A stretch of DNA of 64,000 nucleotides, from the UHGV virus genome UHGV-1364187. One strand, written 5' to 3'. Origin of the DNA: a virus. Below are positions 58,501 through 64,000 of this stretch, piece by piece. Below the pieces are notes generated by a model. That model ran no database searches, had not been told where the DNA came from, and saw only the letters and a program-made list of their open reading frames with translations. Both the position numbers and the translations under genes were made by a program. The first letter of the stretch is position 1; every line of letters starts with the position of its first letter.

Positions 58501-59625
58501 ACTGCAACAACTACTACTAAATCAAATGATCCACTTAAAAATGCTAATAACGCTATTAATTCAAAAAATGCAACTTACAATGCATATAATACCCTTTCAG
58601 GAAAAGGTAAATCAAAAGATATTAGATATAACTCTGATATTAAGAAACCATCTAAGAGAATTAATAGAACTGTGTCTAGTAATAATGATTATTTAGAAGA
58701 AATAAATTATGGTAAAGGAATTGGAAAAGTAAACTTAGAAAAACTTAAGAAATTACCAAAAGTTCAAAAATTAATTTCAGAAGAGTTATCTAAAGCTGTT
58801 AAGAACAAGTCAAAAACTCCAGTATCTACAGCTGCAGCAAAAGTATATGCTAAGCTTAAAGCTTCTAAATTTACTGATGTAACAGATTCTGAAGGAAATT
58901 ACATTGATTTCGTTGAACTTGAAAGAAACAATAATGCTACTCCTATTGTTGATGGTAAATTAAACTTAAGAGAATTTGATGCTGATGGGAAATTAATCGA
59001 TTGGGATGCTGTAAATGAGAAGAATGGTGTTGTTACAAAACAGGATGATACTCCAGTTATTGGAGAAGCTAATCCTATCTCTACAGTATTAAATACAATC
59101 TATAATAAACTTACAGGGAATAATCAAGATACTGCTAAGAAAGAAGATCTTGATTCTGAAGGTAATAAAATAGATTGGAATGAAGTTGAGAAGAATAACA
59201 ACATCGAGGTTAAGATTCCTACTAATGCTTCTCAATTAACAGATCAACAATTGAAGAAGAAAGAAGCTGAGAATAATACTACTCAAACTAATACGACATC
59301 TACAAACAATAATACAAAAGAACAACAGCAAATTGAGGCTCAACAAAAAGCTGTAGAAGCTAAACAAACTCAAGTTGATAATCAATTGACTGCATTAACT
59401 AATATAGCTAAATCTGTAGAGAGTATTTATAACTTAATATTATTATTAGTAAATAATGGTATAGATATTAAGAACTTAGCTGAAATTCTTAAAGCTATTG
59501 GTGTATCATCATGTGATGGAGGAAGCAATAATGCGTTCTTTATTCCACAAAATAATACACAATCATCAGATGCCCATAATGCCGATATGGAACTTCTAAG
59601 TAAACTTAAAGAAATAGCTAAATAA
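49558..59625 (+). CDS. giant (3355 aa) tape-measure-like virion protein with C39-like peptidase, GH73-like glucosaminidase and NlpC/P60 peptidase domains
   Basis: RBS gaaaggaggtaatctatATG. Gly-zipper TM segments typical of tape-measure proteins at about 52890-53420 (GISGALIGTLAGGVVGMPMIGAALGSS, LPFVPGGPVAGLLLGAGVGFA, GLGAAALALTGPFGLLGNAMLGAGAGFV). C39-like DSGCGPTAAAMV...PHYVVATG at about 56640-57160. GH73-like ILAAIMMQETGGNSNALNNKNNPGGVKGSNG at about 57480-57950. NlpC/P60 VSDCSGFTQAVY...SHVGIC at about 58020-58430. Confidence 0.7.
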   Translation: MAQRTSLTKYAKNLVKSTKYATVDVVKELMPSATDFMETNNELFKDITSNIRNRRVIFKRVNDKVTQSKIYETVDEARKNIIEDIKSGNLYNKDPIRERRINKKSGMESMLGGFDDFSDFEFEMDDSFEFEDSDNAELADAFDDSNRTTSEMIANTIAKTSSNQIQSQRISSQMTMMQLQEGFTLVNSNLGGIGNAISELGNTMSSIQQTNAENAKTYYEKSTDLQANMVSYLKELVDMKKSEMGLDAKKDTSRGPKSYNDITTYEGMPDLRAYGNILASKLNDNLSMITGLNEMGIEGGNMSMQFAMSPLAFLPKMVVKKVMGVAVQNSAKALDNTLSNIFGTFISAMNDMADNSGYMSIKGMIGRFFGLNDTVKDERSIRTDYDKGNKSWNGKAEKALTEVIPTLISKILAVVSGANEMTYNYDNGKFTTVKQLRQDVKNRTTNEMNSAFYDIRNKMDEMMRSINFDFSDEDTKASFEKDYNRFFEYFFKSNNRFNPNKKNYEDYDGLGIDRGNFEIISTLFERLDPSLKMSMDSKKIRARGAINDYIDKLGQNSPVYTILNNDSKLTDVDKSVDGKSGGLLTASKDSLGHDIFWFLDNILKSIRDLNPDSEYNVNGKKRKKKRTKNITSTPIVPSSDKTSSAGNRKRYVSPDALTAESILYNRAEGTTISGIINNRLDIADEQRKLEEEEKTSIIDDLLDSPSLPAKAKAFMKRMKSTKEGARNGISGLLDTVNLKIYQAMYGNKKYKGKDVNGIIGVMMENIEESFTKFNTFLDEKILSPLKEKLDEQGGIKGILKNTLGIDVDSIKERFFGKDTLFGRTVQSIKDNFKSAYEYSKGAVKNTYNEIYDKLGGNRYNSRFNRVMNTIKYGKKNTQGMFIVDSDGQLNILNQVKKVKPSNVTEDGRLNTQEEASSVMEGQMSFLPKDEQQAIKEAANNMNVPVENIADAINKGNIEKYAKGGNIHKTKIVMVHDGEEIITKEEKRKRDRERAYDLRVKNNINKLNTEMSEDFVGPLPLKDQKIKDFLSGINEENLGTIKDSLGKDFKATTVETLRQEIIEAVGHKKGDPTLMETMKDTASDGINKVMSVLFGTDENGDEKADDLKERGKAAMKDIMGKFKEYLPSGISGALIGTLAGGVVGMPMIGAALGSSINLIRKSDKLQSYLFGDLDEEGKRIGNGKLPTKFVDAMNKYGPDMKKYGITGAITSILPFVPGGPVAGLLLGAGVGFAKNNAKVQDFLFGDMGILKGLKGSGEKLKKALPKMGLGAAALALTGPFGLLGNAMLGAGAGFVTQTNKFQEFMFGKDGKDKDGNPIKVGGFLPMIRDRVINPIKEFGSTLGDKVKTFVDEEIRKPFHKAMSPFIEEFKYQGKRLFDGIKDSISGAINNVFEKSVGKPLNELIEDKIVKPITGLFKKVFNFLGGIVGGILKFPTKIMSGAADSLRIKHLKQGRADYMSDEELGELKEKKPFDYLMATSGQRFINALNERGLFGSMKDLFTRDKDEVVTDEESVKEKKPTFREKVSGIVAKGLDSYNAKRLAITERVSSGYANTKEELRNAKQNLKTKAYQAAMNATDKLSASIEAGNRYSKVSSYRESETESEGDSTGSSEKRVDLRTRTPKIKSVKTQNVSLVNPEVDALKQQVKQLTTELAVMQKEKEENKDTSSDKSSEYIKDIRDEVRGQLDGVGYNIHTIANILVEQFGMPKIKATGAKVSRGNLKRKLWFERMFGFILNPVRKVKDSIHNLFWGKDGNGGLLGTPMRWVKKGFEKIGNIGTLIGKGLAGILNIGSGIVHGLGILGGIFKESLAAIAPAIGSLLKGAVKVLTLPIDLLSGAISGLGNMLGGLANGIGILAGKTIELVSLVPSLITNIGKLTIEVGKFAFKLVKKGAELITAPIRWMANGIIDIFRGKNKKNKKKEIKHIIEGGFLDKIKEPIDISGEQDRHDKLLSFFDDKFNKLFDLLSGTDNKKKSITNNITNKEEIEEDKPKLSTEELQKMSFSDYIRSGQSMSLDDLERYADARKNLMTTVKKPEQPANNGDVLKKSLYDIINDNRAGMKPSYDKPLNVQTEEQINMPTEFGVIRYDKDTSGELRPVQDSVYTQYKENQDNLAEHNSKMFNLLNTGDAEDDGKSTKKESWISKIAKNIGSVLMGGTLLKVVGAGLMAGAVYDLAKNGENSFVGKFVSFFSDKVLPKIVDFTINTAIPVLTDALLSLSEMILDRVTNPQKYSNPDHELSKANAKAKLSDGSYITDDGVYDKNGNWIMQSYTPTTTGSLIEKGWNKIAGNKIESWAKDTFGENSIGARLFSTNVLSTTIDDKEIENVSHKNSETTKTNKNKEETMSDSEFFSKAIFGKGKKKYGLGESFFSQNDPRWSNLPFNTENDTEAQTIADSGCGPTAAAMVADQYGRANPVEASAFALNNGYKEQNGGTDPRFFKDYFNKKGIDSDIDTDIDTNSDKKLSIINNLRKNKPVVLMGKSKGGNTPYGKEYPHYVVATGMRGDKIQINDPNSNHGGELYDANDTLRSSTISVKTGRGKKSKYGRVNMQAMLDTTMNVAGAVSGAVMPTSSTSSVARTVTNNFSSASGFATSSDGSLTEGKSALNFVTDLGTTFTKAIGEFFGVDMFSSNTASRDVGSYGSMGGSVQVGTAGQCFDANVAAQVINDFFKNSPKLSGKGATIVSIAQQACHKSANGQNPGIDPFILAAIMMQETGGNSNALNNKNNPGGVKGSNGLQVFSTIEDGIMAVAKIIHREWVVNGNSSIAGLGSIYCPVDAADDPNGLNKNWVGGVTKFYNQLVQAAIAAGGLLGTSDNMAISNMGTANNVAIQIVRIAKSYIGKVKYVFGAETPDKGVSDCSGFTQAVYRKVGLAIGRNTEAQITNKNIVKVSDSYNFKAQPGDLIFFKNTYNSGYIYGVSHVGICTGEGTKFIECNSSKGVCVSDYTSNYCKKYFLMIKRHTACVDKNAMYKTSQAQQTAKKANTTTATTTTKSNDPLKNANNAINSKNATYNAYNTLSGKGKSKDIRYNSDIKKPSKRINRTVSSNNDYLEEINYGKGIGKVNLEKLKKLPKVQKLISEELSKAVKNKSKTPVSTAAAKVYAKLKASKFTDVTDSEGNYIDFVELERNNNATPIVDGKLNLREFDADGKLIDWDAVNEKNGVVTKQDDTPVIGEANPISTVLNTIYNKLTGNNQDTAKKEDLDSEGNKIDWNEVEKNNNIEVKIPTNASQLTDQQLKKKEAENNTTQTNTTSTNNNTKEQQQIEAQQKAVEAKQTQVDNQLTALTNIAKSVESIYNLILLLVNNGIDIKNLAEILKAIGVSSCDGGSNNAFFIPQNNTQSSDAHNADMELLSKLKEIAK

Positions 59626-59635
59626 AAAAATAATA

Positions 59636-59666
59636 ATGTTGTGGAATAACCCAATTCCACAACATT
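59636..59666 (+). terminator. rho-independent terminator after the giant gene
   Basis: Stem atgttgtggaat/ttccacaacat, then tattataatt. Confidence 0.6.
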
Positions 59667-59696
59667 ATTATAATTAATATGAAAGTAGGTGATATA

Positions 59697-61517
59697 ATGG
59701 CTAAAGAACAAGTAAGTTATAGAGTAAGATTAAAAAATACAACTTGTGACTTATATGAAAATTTATCTAAAAAATCTAAAGTTGTAGCTACTATTAAAAA
59801 CACCAAAGATTACATTTGTTCTGTAACTGATGATACTAATGGAATGTGGTTCTATTTAGCTAATCCTGCAGGATGGATATATGGCGGAGATGTAACTATA
59901 GTTGCAAAAGGATCAACTCAAGAATTAATGAATCTAAAACCAGAAAATCAAAATAAACAAACTACAACAAATCAACCAGCCACTAAGACAAACCAATATA
60001 CAAATAATACCGTAAAGAATATAAATGACGGTTCTACTAGTAGTACTAAAGGTGGTGGCGGAGTAAGTATGGACACTGGTCAATATACAGGAGATATGGA
60101 TACTTCTGTAACAGGGACTGGTGTAAATGATATATCAACATTAGATCAATCTCAGTTTACATATGAAGCTGATCTTGATAAATATGATATTGGTGGCGAT
60201 TTAGAATCTCAGTTAGATTTTAAAACAATTAAAGGTATATTTGGTATGCCATATCAATATTCTACAAGTGTAGATAGAAGACTAAGTGGAAAAAATGATG
60301 AAATGGAATATGGTAGAAAATTCTCAGAAAAAATTGTAATGAATGCTCCATTATTATTTATGACTCCTGGACGACCAGCTTTTATGGCTGGATATTCTGA
60401 TGAATATAAAAGAAAGATAGCACAAAAGCTATACGGTATGGGATTAAATGATGATGAAGCATTATCTGATGTAAGTGATGGTAGATATTATACATTTGAA
60501 TTTGCATATGATGATTACTATACATATGTAAATCAAATGGTACAGAAAGCATCAGTTATGGCTGGAATAGGTGATGAGAAATTTGATGGTGTTCCATTAA
60601 AACGATATAATTGGGCTAATTATAAAAATGATAATTTAAAGACATTTATTAGTGGTAGTGAGTATGTGTGTTTTTATACAGAATTTGAGCCGCAAGTAAA
60701 TGAATCATTTGGTAATACTACTGGAGATAGTTCTATAGCAAGTACTATTAACCAGTTATCTGATTTAGGTAAAGAAGCTGCATTTTTAATGGGAGCTGGT
60801 GCTGGTATTGATTTGGATGCTGCTATTAAATCTGGATTAAATGAAAACTTAGAATCATTTACAAATTTCTTTAATAAATGGGGTGGAAGTGGAGTAGCAT
60901 CTGTTGCTAATAAATTGTTTAAAGGTGTTAGTACTTTAGCATTAGGTGGACATATAGCTTTCCCTGAAATTTGGAAAGACTCAGATTTCACACAATCATA
61001 TAATATAACAGTAAAATTTGCATCTCCAGATGGAGATCCATATAGTCAATTCTTAAATGTATTAGTTCCATATTATCACTTATTAGGATTTATGCTTCCA
61101 CAAGCATTAGGAGTAAATGATTATACATCTCCATTCTTAGTAAGAGCATCAATGGGTGGTGCATTTAATTGTGAAATGGGAATGATTACAAGTCTTGATG
61201 TAACAAAAGGTCCTACATGGAATCAATATAATCTACCAATGGAAATGACTGTAAGTTTTACAATAAAAGATATGTACAAAACGATGTATATGACTAACAC
61301 TGATAATGTATCAAAATTCTTAAAACATTCACAATTTGTAGATTTCTTATCTAATTCTGTAGGAGTAAATGTAAATATGCCAGAGATAGGTCGTACTTTA
61401 AATTATTATAAGAATTTCTCTATTGATAGTAAAATTAATAACGCTGTAAATAATATTGGAAATAGTATGAATAATTTCTTATCAAATCAAGTATCCAAAT
61501 TAAAGATATTATGGTAA
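59697..61517 (+). CDS. tail/baseplate-associated protein candidate with an N-terminal SH3-like domain (~606 aa)
   Basis: Start at MAKEQV after gaaagtaggtg. The N-terminal ~80 aa are SH3b-like (KNTKDYICSVTDDTNGMWFYLANPAGWIYGGDVT). Lies directly downstream of the tape-measure-like gene. Confidence 0.4.
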   Translation: MAKEQVSYRVRLKNTTCDLYENLSKKSKVVATIKNTKDYICSVTDDTNGMWFYLANPAGWIYGGDVTIVAKGSTQELMNLKPENQNKQTTTNQPATKTNQYTNNTVKNINDGSTSSTKGGGGVSMDTGQYTGDMDTSVTGTGVNDISTLDQSQFTYEADLDKYDIGGDLESQLDFKTIKGIFGMPYQYSTSVDRRLSGKNDEMEYGRKFSEKIVMNAPLLFMTPGRPAFMAGYSDEYKRKIAQKLYGMGLNDDEALSDVSDGRYYTFEFAYDDYYTYVNQMVQKASVMAGIGDEKFDGVPLKRYNWANYKNDNLKTFISGSEYVCFYTEFEPQVNESFGNTTGDSSIASTINQLSDLGKEAAFLMGAGAGIDLDAAIKSGLNENLESFTNFFNKWGGSGVASVANKLFKGVSTLALGGHIAFPEIWKDSDFTQSYNITVKFASPDGDPYSQFLNVLVPYYHLLGFMLPQALGVNDYTSPFLVRASMGGAFNCEMGMITSLDVTKGPTWNQYNLPMEMTVSFTIKDMYKTMYMTNTDNVSKFLKHSQFVDFLSNSVGVNVNMPEIGRTLNYYKNFSIDSKINNAVNNIGNSMNNFLSNQVSKLKILW

Positions 61518-61557
61518 ATAATGAATATACCGATAACAATAGAATAATGTATCTCGA

Positions 61558-62349
61558 ATGATACATTATTCTAATTCTGTTTATGGAGGTGATATTACGA
61601 AAGCCAAAAATAGAAAACAAAAACAATTTGAATATGCTCAAAAATTTGGGCACATCCCTGTAAATTATAGAGATAGATTAGAGTGGATGTATGATGAATA
61701 TAATATAAATGAGATTAAAGCGAATAGGATATTACAAAAAAGAGATGCAATGCTCTGTAGTTTATTCTATCATGATATAGATTTAGTTTTATACCAATTA
61801 CCAGAAGGTACACCTAGACCTAGATTTAGACTAGTTAATAGAACTAATATGATAGACTCTGCATTAACAAATGGTCAATTTGTTCATGTGTATAATTTAT
61901 ATGCTAAAGATGATAGTATATATATGAATAAAATGGTAGAGACTGAAATTAGAAGTTTGGAACAGCTTATTTGTACACCTATTAATGTTGTATTTAATAT
62001 ATTTTTAAAGACACCATCAGCTTTTAATATAGATGATATGTTTTTAGCAGAGATGGGGTTAATACGACCGATAGTCAAACCAGACTATGATAATCTAGCA
62101 AAAAAATATTCAGATATGTCTAACCACAATATATGGTTAGATGATCAGATGGTTATGAGCGGAACAGTTAATAGATATTATTCCGTTCTACCAAGAATAG
62201 AAATAAATATAAGATTCCTTAATATGCTTTATAATAATTATCAATATAAAGCTGTTAGTGGAAGAAAAGATTTCTCGGATTATAATTGTAATGTGGACTA
62301 TTTTAAATACGGAGGGATAAATGATGCTAGCCAAATTATATACAAATAA
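61558..62349 (+). CDS. rusA: RusA-like Holliday-junction resolvase family protein
   Basis: LPEGTPRPRFRLV...VHVYN, KPDYDNLAKKYSDM (RusA D.DNL.K) and NIWLDDQMV (RusA FWLDDAQVV). The start is uncertain: no RBS at 61558. Confidence 0.5.
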   Translation: MIHYSNSVYGGDITKAKNRKQKQFEYAQKFGHIPVNYRDRLEWMYDEYNINEIKANRILQKRDAMLCSLFYHDIDLVLYQLPEGTPRPRFRLVNRTNMIDSALTNGQFVHVYNLYAKDDSIYMNKMVETEIRSLEQLICTPINVVFNIFLKTPSAFNIDDMFLAEMGLIRPIVKPDYDNLAKKYSDMSNHNIWLDDQMVMSGTVNRYYSVLPRIEINIRFLNMLYNNYQYKAVSGRKDFSDYNCNVDYFKYGGINDASQIIYK

Positions 62350-62749
62350 TAAAGTAGATACAATTTATAACTTAAAGATTATTATGATTAATTTTATATA
62401 TTCAAAAGAAAACATTACATTACTTATGCAATGTATTCAAGAAAGATTAGAATCTTCTTCTATCAATTTCTATCAGAATGATATGTCGATAAATGTAAGA
62501 ATAAAGAAGATTAATACTAAAAAGATTGTAGATTTTGTACATAACCCATTATTTTATTATAATTACTTATCAGATATTTTCATTGGATTTCTTAGTGCTA
62601 ATATAGAAAATATCAAGAATAAGTATATTGAAATTTTTGGATATAATAAAGATGACATAGATTTCATAGAAGAACTATGTACAACACAAAACTATTGTCA
62701 TCTTATCAATATTCTCACATTTAATAATAATATTATTATTAAATTATAA
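62321..62749 (+). CDS. hypothetical protein (142 aa)
   Basis: RBS acggagggataa. Confidence 0.45.
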   Translation: MMLAKLYTNNKVDTIYNLKIIMINFIYSKENITLLMQCIQERLESSSINFYQNDMSINVRIKKINTKKIVDFVHNPLFYYNYLSDIFIGFLSANIENIKNKYIEIFGYNKDDIDFIEELCTTQNYCHLINILTFNNNIIIKL

Positions 62750-62750
62750 A

Positions 62751-62788
62751 AAATATCCCTATAGACTAAAATGTCTATAGGGATATTT
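62751..62788. terminator. bidirectional terminator between convergent genes
   Basis: 16-bp stem aaatatccctatagac/gtctatagggatattt, then T7. Confidence 0.75.
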
Positions 62789-62795
62789 TTTTTGT

Positions 62796-63716
62796 TTAGT
62801 GTGTTAATTCATTATATACTGTTTCTATATATGATTTATCTACATTATCAAACTTTGCAGTATTAGTCATTTCTAGAAATGTGTACATAATAGTTGCTGT
62901 TTCGATAATTGATGGTAAATCTAATTTACTATCTTCTGTTAAGAATTGCTCCTTAATAAGATCATTCTTATAAGTAGATTCACAAATTTTATTTACCATA
63001 ACTTCATAGATTGATTTATCTCTTTTCTTAACTTTATTGATAGCATATTTACAATCGTTTTCATATAAATTGATTAAAGATTCTTTCACTGTTCCATCAA
63101 TCTTTTCTTGTGTTGCTGCAATAATAGCTTCAATATGCTGACTATCTTTTTCATTTAGATCAATGAATTCTGCTTGTGCCTGTTGTACTCTATCAGCAAT
63201 TTTATCTGCAATTTGATCAATAGTACCAAAGTCTACACTATCTAAGAATTTATTCTTATTCTCTTCATCAACTTTGATATTAATAATCTCATTACATTCA
63301 CCTTTATCACATGCTTCTAAAATACTAGATACAGTTTTGTTAATTTGAAAAGCAACTTCTGATAAATATTCGCTATTTTTAGAGAAATTTTTAACGATAT
63401 TATTAGCTCCATTCTCTTGAATATAGTTGTTAATCATACTGTATCGAATACCATTTTCATCATTAATATTTAAGTGTTCTAATGTAACTGTATACAGTTT
63501 ATCCATAAATGCTGATAGTAATGCTTCTCTAAGAACTGATGGTGCTTTGATTCTTAAATCCTGTCTCTTTTCTCGTGCGTATAATTTTTCTCTAAAATCT
63601 GCACTAGCTTGTTCTTTGAGATGTTGTTTTAATGCTTGTTCTTGAATTTCTTGTAATCTTTTTTCTTTCTGCCTAGATTTTTCAATGATATTTAAATCAA
63701 ACAATTCTTTATCCAT
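62796..63716 (-). CDS. hypothetical helical protein (306 aa)
   Basis: RBS taggaggacattcaa. Confidence 0.5.
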   Translation of the reverse strand: MDKELFDLNIIEKSRQKEKRLQEIQEQALKQHLKEQASADFREKLYAREKRQDLRIKAPSVLREALLSAFMDKLYTVTLEHLNINDENGIRYSMINNYIQENGANNIVKNFSKNSEYLSEVAFQINKTVSSILEACDKGECNEIINIKVDEENKNKFLDSVDFGTIDQIADKIADRVQQAQAEFIDLNEKDSQHIEAIIAATQEKIDGTVKESLINLYENDCKYAINKVKKRDKSIYEVMVNKICESTYKNDLIKEQFLTEDSKLDLPSIIETATIMYTFLEMTNTAKFDNVDKSYIETVYNELTH

Positions 63717-63742
63717 TTGAATGTCCTCCTATATTATAAATT

Positions 63743-64000
63743 TACTTACATGTTAGACTATAGTAATTTCGATAGATGGAGTAGTATCGACCATATTGAT
63801 ATTTAAGAATTCTGGAACATAGTCTATTATATCATTATCTTTTCTTATATATTGATTTTCTGAACCATAGTCATTAATCTCTAAGAATTCTATCCATTTT
63901 ATTGATGGGTATTTATTTCTTAAATACTGATCTAATGATGAATAATGGAAATCTTTAATATCATTAATATCTTCTATATAAGATTTAATATCTGTAATGA
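63743..64000 (-). CDS. hypothetical protein; its start lies beyond the window end (3' terminus only)
   Basis: The minus-strand frame is open from the window end to a TAA at 63743..63745 (...TPSIEITIV*). Confidence 0.4.

Noticed and set aside
50211-58696. Numerous 60-170-aa ORFs antisense to or nested in the 3355-aa gene (50211.., 51201.., 53049.., 54939.., 57093.., 58433..)
   Set aside because: The giant forward frame is continuous, has a strong RBS and multiple recognisable domains. The nested ORFs are P/S/L-rich mirror-frame artefacts.

Overview
This is a very AT-rich, densely coding, phage-like window. I saw no rRNA, tRNA or CRISPR. Many genes end in rho-independent terminator hairpins. 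The gene content is that of a large virulent jumbo myophage of a low-GC Gram-positive host, resembling the phiKZ-like RNAP-encoding phages, though I cannot verify that by sequence comparison here.

Main recognisable features:
- **Split multisubunit RNA polymerase (RNAP):** a 1445-aa beta-subunit N-terminal fragment (35687..40024, -), a beta-prime N-terminal fragment interrupted by an ORF-less group I intron (9761..7759, -), and a beta-prime middle fragment that ends inside the trigger loop (13978..12743, -).
- **Anaerobic ribonucleotide reductase:** nrdD split into three exons by two group I introns, the first carrying a LAGLIDADG homing endonuclease. It is followed by an NrdG activase fused to a novel, duplicated N-terminal domain.
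- **Homing endonuclease:** a free-standing NUMOD4/HNH_3 gene.
- **DNA metabolism:** RNase HI and a RusA-like resolvase.
- **Bro-N proteins:** two paralogs, one nonsense-interrupted.
- **Other products:** an atypical kinase-like protein, a Q/N/M-rich low-complexity protein, and a nucleoside-deoxyribosyltransferase-like gene with an in-frame TGA.
- **Virion proteins:** a 3355-aa tape-measure-like protein with C39-like, GH73-like and NlpC/P60 domains, plus Kelch and Flg_new repeat structural proteins.

The most notable regulatory feature is a partly palindromic 25-nt AT-rich promoter-like motif (TTTcaATTATATATTATATATATGA) that recurs at least seven times upstream of genes.
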